The notes below the pieces were generated by a model, which was given only the letters and a program-made list of their open reading frames with translations, was not told the DNA's origin and did no database searches. DNA of 64,000 nt from Iphione sp. A-MEVVRFRX5 (Eukaryota). The DNA is taken from NCBI GenBank assembly GCA_976226885.1, contig OZ320321.1, positions 43,648,001-43,712,000 on the forward strand, in the 5' to 3' direction. The stretch's first letter is position 1. Each line of letters opens with the position of its first letter. Below, one piece after another: positions 10,843 through 26,217 of the stretch. The translations under genes and the position numbers were made by a program.

Positions 10843-13800
10843 AAACGTTACCTACAGAATAAGCGAGGCGTCCTGCATCGAAGGGGAAGCCGGAGTGGTT
10901 AGGCGGCGCGAAGAGAGAGCACAGACTGACTCTGGATTAGGTTATCTGGTGATGGATGGCGAACAGGGCTGAGAGGCGGCGCCGCCCGGGCTGACCACCG
11001 CGTCGCCCTCCCTAATCCGCCTGTCCATCCCGACTAAGCCGGTCGCAGCGGCCACCGCTCCGGCAGGTCGCCGCGTGATGTACCGCCCGGCAATGGAGAC
11101 CGATGGTCGGGTGACGGGGGCCGGCGCTACCATCCGTCACTTGCAGCCGGGACAGGTGCCGGGCTCGGCGGGTCTGCTCCATGCCAGGCTGGTCGGCGGT
11201 CCTCCTTTTTCAGGTTCCTCGGCTTCCAGCAAACAAGTCAAGCGTGCAACGTGCTCTGCATATTCTATCCCTGACCTATTGTATATGGAGGTAAATCAAC
11301 ACCTGGCCAAAAAAGCTCCGGTATCTTCCATATGCCTTTAAATGCATACGCATGTAGTTTCGGTGCATGCTAAGATTTGCTCCGATAACTTAGCAAGTTG
11401 GCTTACAGGCTATCATAAAAATGATATTTACACACATTATGCAAGTACTCTGAAAGCGACCCGTAGTAGACCCATGAGTGTACACTTACAACCTTTTATA
11501 CTGTACTTCATGCCATTTGATACTCCTGTCCCATGGTTTGAATTAAAATGAACTCCAAATGAACCACGTCTGATTTTAAACACAACGTCACCCATTTTCA
11601 CCTTAGCCTTGCTTTACCATGTTCTCAGTCGTGTTAAACGTACATCGGTTAAAGTTAACCTTGTATGATTACCCCACTGTATGTCCAATACAAAAAGAAC
11701 TCTTTCAATATGTATGTGTTTAAAGTGAAAGGGGCGGCAATTTTTCTTTCCGCCACACTCGGATAGCCTGACATGCAACTTGATACCTGGTCCGATTCAT
11801 GAAGACCAACTGATTGCTTTTTGAACACATGTTGTGTATTTTGAAGTCTACTAATTTATGTGCAGCCAAACGGAATGACTCTTGAGAAATTGTATACACA
11901 CCTGCGCAGTTAATGTGCGAATCTGACACCAAGTTTGGCTGCTGATATCACATCCCTTTTCCCCCAGTGCCAATTTTTTCTCTCTCTCCAAATAAACAGG
12001 CCGAGTTCCCGGGGAAGTTAGTGAAAGGCAAGCGTGTATGCGGCGACACTATAAATGTCGCGTCAGTGAGTAGTGGCATAGACCCCCTCCTAACGGAAAA
12101 CAGTCATCTCGGGTGACGCCATGTGAGATAGACACCTGGGCGGTGCTGCCTTTGTCCCCGTAGTGAACAGGTAGAGGATGTAATCCTAGCGTTCAGGCCG
12201 CTAGAGACGGACACACACAAAGCGGGCACTGCCGGCAGGATCTGATTTAGCTCTATTTAGTATCCAGCTTTGTACACCTAGGTCACGTCGGGGAGAGCTA
12301 CGCCAAACGCTCAGCTATTGGCGGCGGATATAATGAAGCCAGAATTAAGGTTGACCTCGAGGGTGGTGCTTTCAATGACCACCCTTGTAGCTAATACCCC
12401 TCGCGGGTACAGGCTTAAAGACGCGAACACCGAGCGACAGAGGGCTGAAGTATTAGGTTTCCCCATCTCATGGCCCCGGTTCCCCCATCCAGCCCCAGCG
12501 CCCTGTACAGCCGGGTGCCCCTCTTATACAAAGAGTGGACGAGTGAGGATGAGCGCGGGGAGGGCTCCGTCTGTGCGGTGCGTCATTCAACGGAGATGCC
12601 ACCGTCTGTTCGCCATCTCCCCTACACCCCCAATATGTTCACCTCAAAATGGGCACCCCTGCCCAGCTCAGCCGCAGCGACTCGTCCTCCATCCCACCCA
12701 TCCACTTTAGCTCGAACAATGACATTAATTCGTCAATGCGATGCTTAATCCCCGTTTTCGCAATTCTTTTTGTGTGCGCCGCAGAGGCTCCAGTGTGCTG
12801 GCTGATGGACTGGGGTTCACCCCAGCACTGGGAAAGTTTTGCTTTTTTGTTCGACGCGAGTCAACAATTTTTCAACGATTCCCCTCCCCCTCTCTCTCGC
12901 CCGAGGCTGTGTGAACCAGGCAGGTAGGGCAAAGTGCATGGGCAACGTTGGTGCTTACCCTTCTGAGGCCCATGACCCACTCTCCTCTTCCATTGTTACC
13001 CGCCTTGGCGACATGTGGTCGCCAAGCTCCCTCGGGGACCTACCGACTTTCTCATAATGTTCAAATTAAAATGTTTGCCGACCTGTTTCATTAAATCTGC
13101 TTTCAACTCTAGTCTGCAGCGTGATCGTGTGACTGCGCACACGCCATTGCGCATATGCGCATATGGTGCCTGGGTCCTGTGCACGTGCGCCGACAATTAA
13201 GTAACGCCAAGCGCCCGTGGAGGTTAAACGCTGCCTATCTTAGTCTTGTTTAATAACCGTGTCCACGAACAAGAGAGAGTAGGTCCGTAAATTAAGCTTT
13301 AATTCCTACCAATTTCCTGTCAGTCGAGAAAAAAAACAGGAAAGTGGCACGAGGCGACTAGATATGTAAGAGATAGCTCACTGCTGAACATGTCAAATGG
13401 ACATCTATCAAGAGAACGTCATGCATATAGGTGGCGGGGCCTATGACGTACTTTGAATACATAATATGCGTGTACACTGAGTACATGCATGACAATAGTT
13501 ACAGTCTTGGAAGAGAAAAAAATCACACTAGAACACCTGGAGTGCTTTAAGAACACAATAATTCTGTCAGAACATAATCTTCAGCTCATCACCTACGAGT
13601 ACGGAGCAGTGAAACACTTTGGTGCTTTTCACGACGTTATTAAGATAACACTTACTTGTAGGAGAAGCGGACCGAGATTTAAGTGGCCTACATGGTCTCT
13701 GCCCTCACCTGCTCTATACAGCACGGCATCTCTCGGCTATGATTGACTCCCACTCCGCCTATATCTCTGGCTATCTATTAGAGCCGACAGGTGAGCGCGT

Positions 13801-16800
13801 GCGGCTTGTCACTTTGTCGAGCGATAAAAGTGAGACTTCCACACTCACCTGGCCAATATAAACCTTTCCGCACCCAAACCATTAAGGGTAATGACCCTTG
13901 ACAGGCAAGCCCATCAGCGCAGCCTAAGTATCAATCAGACAGTTGGCTGCCCTTCTCTGGCCCTTTCACTGGTCGCCGTGGTCTCCTCTTCAAATCAAAG
14001 CAACCTCATTACTTTCCACCCGACTGCTTTAAGATTCATGGCCCCCTTCTGAAAGTTTATGGTCAATGTTCACCTTTTGGTCTGAGCCGAAATAGTCGCA
14101 TCTTTGGGCGAGAAGCCCTGGCCCTGTTCTGTTGTCACGGTGCAAATTCGGTTAGGAACTAAGTTGTAAAGTCCAATCTCGGACAGAGTATACAGTGATG
14201 GGCCAATAAAAGCGGGAGCAGGACCAGTGTTAGAAGGACCAGATGAAGGGCTCTGTGCGGTTCGTGGCAAATACCCGTAGGTCTCTCCATCGGGCGATTT
14301 TACATCCCAGCGCGCCGTCTGTTCTGTTACAACAATTCCTCATTCATATGCAAATGTACAGATGAAAAGTCGTCGGCATCTGACCTACTACTCTGTGACT
14401 TTGTATTGGGTTTGTCAGTTTTGAGGAAAACTGCCACTGCTTAGGTTGTCCTTTTAAGTTTTGTAGTGTTTTGTTTATGGCTCCATGTGAAATATTCGTA
14501 ACCTACCGATTGGGCACACTTGAAGTTTGTTCATCTTTGTAGAGTGTACCTACGGTATCCCTGACAAGAAGTTACGTCTGCAATACCACTCAGCTGTCCG
14601 AGCTATCTCCACCCCTTTTCACTCTTCCCTTCTCCCGAGGGGAAAAAAACACAAAGATTATTGTCCCGCGCGGGGGCCAGGTGTTGAAAGAGGGGACGCT
14701 AACAAAGGGCGTGGCGACACCTCTTAAAATATGGTACCCGTAAGCCCTGCAATGTTTGAGCATATTTCGTCACATATGCTTCCTCTTACCAGCCTACCTT
14801 GTGGGTACCCTGCTCCAAGAAGGACAAGCGCACAGATCGCTCACGCCTTCTATATTACGCTATGAGAGCGTACGATTTTTACATAGCACTGCTTTTTGAT
14901 AAGCAAACTAATATTACCGAAAAACACTTGTTCCGTATATTTTTATATTTTAGGCAATTGCGGCAGGAGAACATAGATGGAAAATAATCCCGGTAGGAAC
15001 AGAACGGGTAGATTGGACCGGGAGATAATGTCCATCTGGAAGGCAACACCATACATGAGAGGGAGATGCCTGTAAACATGCAAACGCTGTGTGCGCTAGA
15101 AAGAAAGCGTATCCCCGAGACATGCATTCCCACCCTTGTTCGTGTCAACATGCTTCATAGCCATTGACCACACGTTGGTCGATAGTTGTAATAGCGTCAA
15201 CACACGGGGCTCAACAAAACTGGCCCTTCCCTCCCGCCCTGTACGCTGAGGCTGAGACTGTTTCAATATCCAAACCATTGGTATCGGCTAGCCAGCTCCC
15301 CGGACCAGATGGTGATACAGATATTATGCGGTCGCTCCCATATGCCGGCTGCCGGGGCATCACTGCCCGGTCACAACTGGACCGGCGCCGCTCCAAATGC
15401 CATTCAGTTTAACCTACGCCACGCTCGGGCCATTCAAGAACGGCAAGTAGCAGTGCATGACTCCGTTTAAAGGAAACAATCGGTCCTTGTTGGGACTTAT
15501 CTGTCGATCAACATGAACGTTATTATACCAGTGAAGCATTGAAGCATGTTACACTTAGACACACTGCACACACGTCACGTGAAATGAGAGTAAAATTAGT
15601 TTAAACTGGACGACTTTAGGGGAAAATAACACAATGCGTATAGGACTCGGTTCGACAGACCATTATCGGCCAGACAGATAATATCATCTGAGGTATGTAT
15701 TTTCGAGGAACAAAGGACATACATCTCACCTGTCAACTGCTAATTTGATATTTAAAATCTAGATTAGAACAAATGACCAATTTTCCAGTGATAGCGTGAC
15801 CGACGGGTAATTTGCACGGATTTTCCATCTGATGGAGACCTGAGGGCATTTAAAAATGACTTGTTAGGTGTGACAGCCAAGCATGACAACGAGATCTGCG
15901 ACTACCGGGAAGTGTGTCAGACCCATTGAAAACGATCCTGCCGGTAAATAATGAAATCTGTATGTCACGTCAAACCGGCTATTCAATACTCTCTCCCTGA
16001 CATAATGAACGCTCGATAATCAGAAGGTGTTAACAGTGCATAGGACGTGTGTTTTGCTCCGGGCAGCTGAGAGATCCAGCTCACTAAAGGTGTCGGTAGC
16101 TGTATGGGAGGGGGGGGGGGTAGACAGTTACTCGTCGCTGACGACCGTCGGCGGTTAATTAGCTTTACGTTATCTCCGCCTCTTACCTTAACGCAGTTGC
16201 CCAGAGGATGGGGGAGTCCAGTGATGAGATGAACGCCTGTCCCCCCAACGCACTTGAGCGGCTGGTTCCTGGTCGTTGTCGTTGTCGTCGTCGTCGTCTC
16301 TCAGGCTAGTATAAAAACCACGAGCGGGGCGAACGGGGAGCCAGGCCCAGGCAGCGGCGCAGCAGTCCGCGTATGGCCTGGTCGTCGTCCAGGCTTCCTG
16401 GGTCGGTATCCGAAAAAGCCAAGCAGAGTGAGGCGGCGTGTGAGTCAACACAGCGCGCTCTGGCAGGACTCGCTTCTTTCCTACTCCTCCGGCATGCGGG
16501 TTTCGAGGCGTCAGGGGTTTCTGTTTCGCCAGGCGTGTGGCCTGCGCCTTGTGCCGTGTGCCGCTGGCGCCCGTACGCGTGCGGGAAGTGTGCCGTGCGG
16601 CGGGTGCAGCTGTTCTGGTGGCCGTCCCCGCGTGCCGGGTACTTTATCCCACGCAGCGCCCCCCAAGAATTGACCCCCCCCCTTTCTCTCTCAGCCATAC
16701 GGCCACTCCTGCCGTACGCTGTGTGACGATCGCCGCGCCACCTCGTGGGGAACCACAGCATCAAAACAGTCATGCCTCCCGCTGCTGCTCTCCTTGTGAT

Positions 16801-19800
16801 CCCCGCTGCGGTTGATAGGGCTATTCATGGCAACACATGCGTGCACGTACGGAGGGAGGGACTCATCCAAAAGCTAGGGCTTTCTTTCAGACAAGCGTAG
16901 ATGATGGAAGGATGCTGCCCATGACATTCAAGAGAAGCAGGCTCATAAGACCTCTTTGCATATTGTAGTGTACATGTATATTGAAATGATATAATATCAA
17001 ACAATGAAATAACTTCTTTTATTCTCTGATCACGATTCATTTTCAAACGGCCGATAGAGTCAAGTCGTGTCAAGTATCTCTACTCCGCTGCACTAGGCAT
17101 GCTGATTGCCAACATTATCAGTTGGCCCGAGTTAATTAATATCTGGTGGTGGCTCGTCGGGGTATCTCCCGATACAGGAGCCACTCAGTCCTCTCACTTG
17201 ATGCGAACAGGGTGGTGGCCAGCTCACACTTTAAAACATCGGAATGCTGTTAAGGAGGGAGGGGGAGACCTGCGAGGTTAAAGCCAACTCGATTAGGACC
17301 CTCGGCGTCAGGCGATTGGCAAGCCGCCCGGTAAGTGTAATTGGTTAATATATCCTGACAGGCGCCTGTGATTGAGTACGACAACCTCTGTGCTGGACCA
17401 GATGCCCGCGCAGGAACCGCACCGCGCAGAACCATCGACACACGGGTCCATCAGTCCATCCATTGCGTCAAGCATACACTCCCCCCCCCCAACCCATCCC
17501 TTCCATCCATCCACCTACCCACCCACAGCGTCTGCCCCTTCTCCAAACGTTGCTTCTACCTCCAAATTACCACTGTACAATTGGGAAGGAAAGCCAATAC
17601 GGCAAGGGGATTAACCCCGCGAATAAGTAGAATTGCCTTTGTGCTGATTAAAATAGCCTCTGGTTGGATGTGAGGTACAGCACTCAACATCCTCCTTGAG
17701 GAGCCCCCGCATTGATGAGGAGAACTTTGAACCAAAACATACCGGCACAGAACGATCGACATAAAAAAAAACCTTCTTTGAGTCTGAGTAGAAAACTATT
17801 CACAAATTGGACAGCGATCTTCTTACCAACGATCTTGGATATGCCCCATCCATAACTTGTTGAGCAGTATCGTAAATACATGCGCACTTGACCATATTTT
17901 TACATGGGCGAGACCTTCTGTGGTTAGACGCAGAGGCAGTATTCGAAGGCGGTTCAACAAGGAAGGCCGGAAATTAGACTTTAACACGCGCAGAGTGTGA
18001 TTTATCCGCCTTTTATGTCTGACCGGTAACGTGATCAAGTCAGTGCGACTGGCCAAACTGAATAGTCAATGTGAATTGCATTCGGTCGTATCCGCCTCTT
18101 GTTGGGCTACTTACTCTAACTACTGAAGCAATATGTTAGACATGGCTTGTTGGTTTGGCCACCAGCTGTGCTCACCTCAGCCATTGGAGCAGGCGATATT
18201 TGGAATCGGTTGTTTACAGCAATGCTGACCATTTGGTCCGCAACTTGCTGTCAATTATTGTTGGTATGGTAATTTCCTAATAGACTCAAGGCATCTGAAA
18301 TACATTTTGATTTGAATTATAATAAATTTTGTGACATTTTCCCTTAGAAGTTAAACTCTTCAGCAGACCCTCTAACTTAAGTGTCCTTAAACAGTTTTTC
18401 AAGGGGACATATTTTACCAAATGATTGTTGCAATTCCCTAGAAAATCCCCCCATAATTGATCTTAGCCCCCTCTCTATGATGGAAGGGTATTAGCCACGG
18501 CAGGTCTAATTCAATCTTTGCACGCAATAGAAGGAATTCAATTTCTCGGCCCTCACATAACACCAGGCCTGCAATGCCTCGCATATGCCCACCTCGCCGA
18601 CCACGTGGGGCCTGCCACTCATTCAACCGCTGGATCTATAGACATATTCTGCCCTGACACAATTGCAGATTGCAAGGCAAAATACGGACACTGGTCTTAT
18701 GGGTGATTCCTTATTCCCTTTCGCTCAAGTGATCGAAGCCTCTTTAATTCAGTTACAGAGGCAGTGCTCCAGATTCAAGTTGCCACAGAGCTGGTCTCCA
18801 TAATAATAATTTGCTCGGAAATTAAAACGGCTGGGCCTTATCATGGGTCGGCGTATCGTTCAGGTGATTGGCCCAACCTTAGGGCGACAGGAGTAAGTGA
18901 GTAGATAATGTAACTAGGGAAAACAGGCGCGGCCATAGGTCAAAAGGCTAATTTGTTGCAAGACGTGAACATGCACACCACCCCATTTCAAGGCGATACC
19001 GGTGGAAAATGGCATCAGATAGAGATTGATCTGTGTATGATTGATGTATTATTACCTTATAAAACGGCTGACTTCGGTAAAAGATATAAGTGTGTTCTAA
19101 ATAAACTCTTAAATTTACTTTCACTCCTATGTGTAACACAAATGGTTAAACAAACAATGATGACTAAATTTCACCTCACTAGTCATGTAATTATTTACTT
19201 TCCCCACCCCACATCCTCGTACCCGTGTTGTCTATGCAGACTAGAACCAACTCCGTCTCCATTTATTCTTCTATTACCTTCTCCTCGTAACTTTTTCCTT
19301 TTGGATAGTACGTGTTCATGGCCTTCTAAACAAGTAGTCTCACTGTGTGCCGCTCTGCTTTTTCTAAAGGAAACGGCTTTATGCTACATCTTGTAGAGAA
19401 GGTGCTCGGCTGCTGACGATTGAGAGGCCATGATCGAGGTAGTCGTCAGGGACATCCCCTCTCGGTCACCGCCTCATCCTGGGTCCCATCCGGCTGCAAA
19501 TAGGATTGCGGGCCGGTGCTCGACTCTGGCCGCACAATTCTATTAGGGCGAGCATATTGCCCCTAACGTCGGTTAATGTCCACACGGCCCTAGTGCCCGC
19601 TCGACCGCCTCTTGTCGCCGGACACTTTGACGGCGCCTCTACGTCAAGCTAAAGGCCCGAAGTGCAGCTCCATTCGGATGGCTTTTAAGGCCCTGAAACC
19701 TCGCACATTACGGCCGACAGATTTTCCTGTTCTGGCTCCCTGTGGGTCGCCAGGAGGATGGACGGTCCGGGTACCAGAACGTCTGTTCCCAGCGTCTGAC

Positions 19801-19882
19801 GTCAAGGCGGGTCCCGCATCCGGGCGGAAGGACAATGAAAGGAAGAGCAGCGCAAGCTCTGCCATCATCTGCCCTTCCCCCT

Positions 19883-19883
<1 letters not shown>

Positions 19884-19923
<40 letters not shown>
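19884..19923 (+). repeat. (CA)20 microsatellite
   Basis: Read directly from the sequence. Confidence 0.97.
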
Positions 19924-19926
<3 letters not shown>

Positions 19927-22900
19927 CGACCGCCCCGCACAGAAGCACTCTGACCATTTCGAGCCTTGCGTCGGATGAAAGGGACCACGGGCGGTTAGAT
20001 CGTCAGCACACGCACGCCGAACTTGGGGTGACATATGGCCCTCTGCGGGGCTAATAGAACGCGAGTGGTTGGTAATTCAGATCTCTTCAGGCTGTAATTA
20101 TAACACCATTAATAAATGGGCGGCCGCGTGGGTCCCTTCAAAACCCACACTGCCTAATTAGCAAGAGAGGAGAGGACGACCCATTTTACGTTCCGGGTCG
20201 ATGGAAGACCACTGCTGAACAGAAATTTCATCAAATAGAGCTTCTGCTATTCCTCACATAAGCTGCTTACTTATTCTATTGTCATTGCCCTTGTTATAGA
20301 TAAAATGTTCCTATATACAGCCTCCCCACTATAAAATGTGTGTGAAAACAATTACTTGCTTGCAGAAAATTTGTCACAAGCAATCTGACGTGTGCTGCAA
20401 GTAAATCAAAGGGAAGTCGTTCTGCGCGTTCTCTTTCAAATTGACATGTCTACCTTTTTGTCGTTTTAATTTTTCTGAACGACATTAATCCCCAATCTCA
20501 TGTTAAAAGGCCATTAACATGTCGGGTATGCTCAGCGAGGGAAGATGTGCTCGAGGAGGTGGGAAATGAGGCGCGATGCGGATGAAATCTAAGTAAATAA
20601 CTGGGGCATCATAACGTTTAGAGGGATGCGGTAACAAGAGCATGTCTAAATGCACGGATGCCCAGCAATTAGTGGACGTACAGGGGCCATCTTTTATAGC
20701 GTACATACGCTATCTCTTTATTTATCTTCTCTAGAAAGCAGATGGCCTTGACGTATCGCATCATACCTCTTCACTGACAGAGAACATGCCACTTCCGTTT
20801 TTCCCGTGTTGTTGCTATAACCAAACCAAACATTTTTTTAAAAGGCAGATAAAGCTTAGTGAGAGTCCTCTCAAAATGTCTCTGGACTATGCTTTCCTGG
20901 TAGCTCTAAGAGAAGAGGTTTAATATCAATGTGATTCACAGAGTGTATTAATATTACAAGGCAAGCAGATGTTCGTGAATTTTACGACAAGGCCCAGTGG
21001 GGGTTCTCTTCCCACTCAAACGGGACAAACCAGAGCGCAACCCTCTTCGCACCCCTTTCTATTCACACTCTTTATGCCAGCACCTTGGCCATGGTGGCGT
21101 ATTTGCATAACGCATCTAGAATGTGGATCAGCAATGGTCGACCCGTGTTGATCGCGCTGACAGCTAAGTACCACAGCTCCCAGAAAGAAACCGAGAGAAA
21201 GGAAAAAACCCACATCATCGATCCCATTTTCCCATCATCCGGAGAAAAACAAACTCGTGGCTGCAGGGCTACGAACGATGAACAGAGATTACGTCCATAT
21301 TGTCAGGAATTACCAATGTTTCATTCGCGGCGCAAACACAAAAAGCCGCCTGATGTTTTACAGTCTTCCTCATTGCTAATAGGTTTGGAATGCTAATGAC
21401 TGAATTAATTCATTCCGCGACATATGCCGATAGGAGAGAATCACGTTATCTTTAACACAGCTATGTATATGTACTCTATAGATTTCTTTTCGTGCATTCC
21501 GTTGCTAGGTGTACTAATTGTTGATTGTTTGCAACGTTAATGGGCATTTTGATTAAATGGAAATACATTTAATAGAACAATATACCTACAGTTACACGTA
21601 TTTCATTAATAACTATACTGAAGCATATTCCTCAACCACACCATAAGTATTTAGTAAATACAATGGCGGAAAGAACAAATGCACGCATCACGTTGGTAAG
21701 GCCTAAACAACAAATTTCTGCATTTCCAGTAGCCCGACCGACCCTACATTATATAGCCAATTGTAACGTTTTATTTCTTTGTTTTTTAAATAACTTCAGA
21801 ATGATTAATGATAGAGACATGTTCTATACACCAAATTACTCCCTAGGTTACAGGCTTTTATTTGATATAACATCTAAGTATTAGAAGTGATGCAACCATA
21901 CATATTTCTTCCTGCCAGTCTGAATTAACATTGAAAAAAAAGAAAAAGAAAAAAAATAGTACCTACCGAGCGACCATCTCTTTCTTTTGCTTGTTACCGG
22001 AAACACAGAACGTTTTTTAGGCCTAATTGAAAAATGTATTCGAAGATTACTTTCAGTACGATGCATATTGAAAAAGAACGGAAGAAACGAAGTGGCCCAG
22101 TCATGTATAACGGTGAGCACAGCACACCTTCCGGCACCTAGCTGGTAATTGTCTGCTGTGGGCTTTGGCCCCTATTGGTCGTGCCCTCAAGGTTCCAACG
22201 GTTAGAGCGTTCAGGACAGTGACCGCCACGTGTCCGACGTGTGACCGGCGAGGGCTTTGATTTGGGGGAGGACTGTAGGGGTGGGGGTGGGGGACTGGTC
22301 CGTGTGTTCAGACGGCGGGGATGTACAAAAAAGCCATCTGGTCAAGAGAGTCTATGTTGTATTAAGGTCGGTACTTGAAGACAAGACGGATGAGGTCAAG
22401 CGAACAAGTGAGAGGTGCCAGAATAAGGAGACAAACGTCACACATAATATACAGAATGAAGGAACAATAGGCTAATATACATGTCCACATGAATAACGTT
22501 TATGAACCTATGCAAACGTAGCAAATTCAGAGAGACTGGATTTCAACACAGCAGGTGATTCAGAAGTAAAAGGTAACGGGGCGTAGTGTGCGTGTACGAG
22601 AGAGCTTACAGGCGTTTGGTAATGCGAAAATAGAGGAAGCTGCCCTGAACTCAAGGCTGTTGACACAAGAAGCATTCAGGAGCGATTACCGCTCCGACCG
22701 TGCCTGTCGCCGCCTCCGCCCGATGCGCCATTTTCGGTCAGATTTTGGCGTTTTGTATTTTCCGCTCGAACGCGTCCGCTGTCCCCCGACACGGGGGGCG
22801 TTCCGCTGTCTGCGAGGCTGAATGTGTGACGGCGCGGCTTTTATCAAGGTATTCAGACCGGCCAACGCTAGTGATTGCCGTTCCTGCTGCAGCATTCAAA

Positions 22901-25900
22901 AGGAAGCGGAGGGGGGAATTGAAGGTGACCTCAGTCTTAAACAGCCGAAAAGCCTGTCCGGAGAGATGCTCTCTTTCAAGCATGGAATAGACATCCTGGA
23001 TGGATTTGAGTGAGCTTGATGACAGGCATCAGTCCAGGTGTCTTGCAACCCTTGACATGGGAATATAACGAAGTCGCTCAAAGCTGAAAGACAGACAGTG
23101 TGAAATAACATGCACTGTAAAGAGACTTACTCATTAAAGTGACCTGTAGAGATGCAAAATCCTTAAATTTCTCAGAGAGTCGACATGTTTATTGTGGACA
23201 GGAAGTACTTCTACGGTACGAAACGGAAGCACGGGTGATGAAGAACAGCCTTTATACCTGTCATCAATGCATTCACAGAAATAGGAGAAATTCTGCCGCG
23301 AGACCTTTGTGGCGATTTTACCAATTGTATCATATCATCGGGGTTGTCTTTTAGTGGAACAAAAATGATGAAACTTTGCCTCTGGCTTAAGACCGCGGAC
23401 CACAGACTGCCGTAGTACCTGTGGGGATAATAATACCTGCATCGCAATGCAGACGGACAGCTGCCATAGAAAGCTAACCAGACCCCCCTTCGGTCTCGCG
23501 ACGCCTAGCTTGTGTTCCTGTTCAATTTGTCTTCAAATAGGCCACCATCAACTTCCGGGGAATTAGCGCCCGTCTGATGACGAGCTCCTATCCCGGGCAC
23601 AAAGAAAGGAGTTCCGGGGAGGGACACAGCTGAATGTCATTCTGACCCTTGAGAATTTAATAGGAAGCAGGGGGCGTTGTGTCTCTCTCCAGTTTGAATA
23701 GCAAGTACCGTTACAATAGGCTTTTTTTCGCGACATGCGGTGGAAAAGTTGTTCAGGTTCTCAATATGTTCCACACTGTAACAATACCTATTCACTCTAG
23801 GCCTAGACATGAACGAATAGATAGTTTTGACCATATAGAAAATTGTGCAAATATAGCATCAAACTAATAATTTTACTCTAGCGGAAATGAATTCTCAGTG
23901 AAGCGAGTTAATGGTTTTGTTTTTATCAGGTTCATTCGGTAAATGTTTATTTTTTGGTTGCTTTAGTAATTTGTGGTTACTAGGTTGTATTCTGTGACTC
24001 ATACTGTTTTAACCTCACTTGGTGTGCTGTCCAAACATTGGTATTTGCATCTCAAATTAAGAGAACTAATCTAATACATGTTTTTGAGCTCATTGTTCTA
24101 AGTTATTGTTTAATCAAACAATTGTTCTTCACATGTGAGTTTGCATGTTGGGTACTCTAGGTTCAGCTATTCCATCTAAAGAATGATTTCTTTCAAAATT
24201 CTTTCCTTAATTTTAATAGACCAGCCACACAAAATTTTAGAAGGTGGATATGATTGATTTGATATGATAATTGTATCTGTTTGTAGATATACTGTTCCCA
24301 TCTGGTCCTAGAATAGTACCATCCTGCGTGAAACGGGAATGACCGACATGCTAGAACCACTCGTGTATGTGTTAGCAGATATCCAATCTTTCTTACCCTA
24401 TCCCTAGTTTCCATATCCGCATATTTGCTATCAGTTTTCTGCTGAGACAACACGGAGTCTATGTTTCCTTTATTGGGACATGCCTAAATATAAGGAGCAT
24501 CCATGCTTAAAAATGGAAATATGGAGAGAATATATGAATACATGGAATTTAAGATGAAAATTGTTGTTCAGGTTCGAACCTATGTCTGGATGGGTTTAGA
24601 ATTTGGCAATCTTGCAAAGAAACCTCCCACAATCATGTAACCTTTGTGATATTTTTTTTTACATATTTTTGTTACACAGTATTTTCCCAGGAGAAAAGTA
24701 TGCTTCTTTGATACCTTCTTATAATATTATGCCGATTCTAAACACCATGCACGTTGGATCGCGTAATTATCTCATCAGATACAGCCATGTACACATACCT
24801 ATCATGATTTCCTGTACACAGATAGCTTGTAATCAGGACCGATGGTATTGGACAGACTCACAACACATTCAAACTTACAAACCTAACACCATGTGGTGAT
24901 CTCTCCGTGCAAGAAAACGTATAGAGGATAATGTCTGCCTCGCCTTTGACGGCTTCTGACGCCTTGAACTGTGCGCATCGTCGGGCAACCACACCGTTGT
25001 ACCCACCGGGCCCGCGCTACGTGGATCTAGTGAGAAGTGTATGGAAAGATTCCTTGTGCCCAGGGGTTTTCCGCGAAAACCTAAGGCGAAAGATATACGT
25101 ACGCGTGTATAATCACAGTGAATACCCGTGCGCACCCAGAAGACTTAATATCATATAGTTTACACCCACCAAACAGGCCTTACTTGCCATCTAGCGAGCC
25201 TGATGCCGCTTCTATCCTCTCATTACGGCCACATTGGAGCAGTCCTTTCCAATCAGTGATCTTATTAATCATGGAGGCGCATTCTGACAGATTCTATAGA
25301 CAGACGATGTCCCGATAGCACAGCACTCCAGGCCTGATATTGGAAGTGCTGCTGTGGCGTGGAGTCCATTAAAAATTCTTAAATCATATTCCCCTAGCAT
25401 GGTATATTTCGAATGAGTTTTTAGAATTTCCTATCTGCCAGGCCTATGAGCGTAACCCATCTAGCTGGTAGGAATAGCAAAGAAGTACATGTATAAGAAA
25501 AAGAGAACAGCTTTCATGCACAACAAACATACCCTTTAATCTTTTGATATGTAAGGATCTTCCCTACGATGAGTCCTTCTACTGCACTAAATTATCCGTT
25601 CTTTGTATTCACGGTCGTTTCGAGTGCGATTAAGTCTGGAGCATACGTGCATTGACACCGTCTATCGCAATTGATAGCAAACAGAATCAACGGCGAAAGC
25701 GTCCATAAGCTAATTAGAACTGGGCGTGACGTCCAACATCCTCCTGTGACGGATCAACCGCCGCTCAGTAAGGGAGAGGGTGGGAGGGTGGTGATGATCG
25801 ACGGAAACTACTGCCCTGGACTCGACACGATGTTAAGGCATGAAATTAGACACGGACGCACAAACATACTCGCGCACACACAAATACAAGTGGAAAAGCG

Positions 25901-26195
25901 TGAACACACATTATTGCAAAGGGAAAAAAATATTCTCGCTCTACTGATCAGATTGGTGCCATACAGAGCAGAGAGTATGGTAGTTTTACATTGTAACGGA
26001 GGCACTGGTGCTAGAAATAACGGTCACATTTCAATCTTGACTCAGTTTGTGTATGGAGGTATGGAGACTTTTCTTGGATGGTAATATGCATACACAATAA
26101 TATAACCGCAGACGGAAACTCAGGCTGCTTGAACAGAAACACATTTAGCGGCAGCGTTGAAGAAACGTGGAAGAAGACAGTATACTACACGTACA

Positions 26196-26217
26196 GTGTG
26201 TGTGTGTGTGTGTGTGT
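26196..26217 (+). repeat. (GT)11 microsatellite
   Basis: Read directly from the sequence. Confidence 0.95.

Noticed and set aside
24571-24580. GGTTCGAACC, resembling a tRNA/SINE B-box
   Set aside because: No A-box or cloverleaf around it.
18953-26084. ORFs 18953-19396 and 25671-26084
   Set aside because: They start at non-ATG codons and show no recognisable motif, codon bias or splice context.
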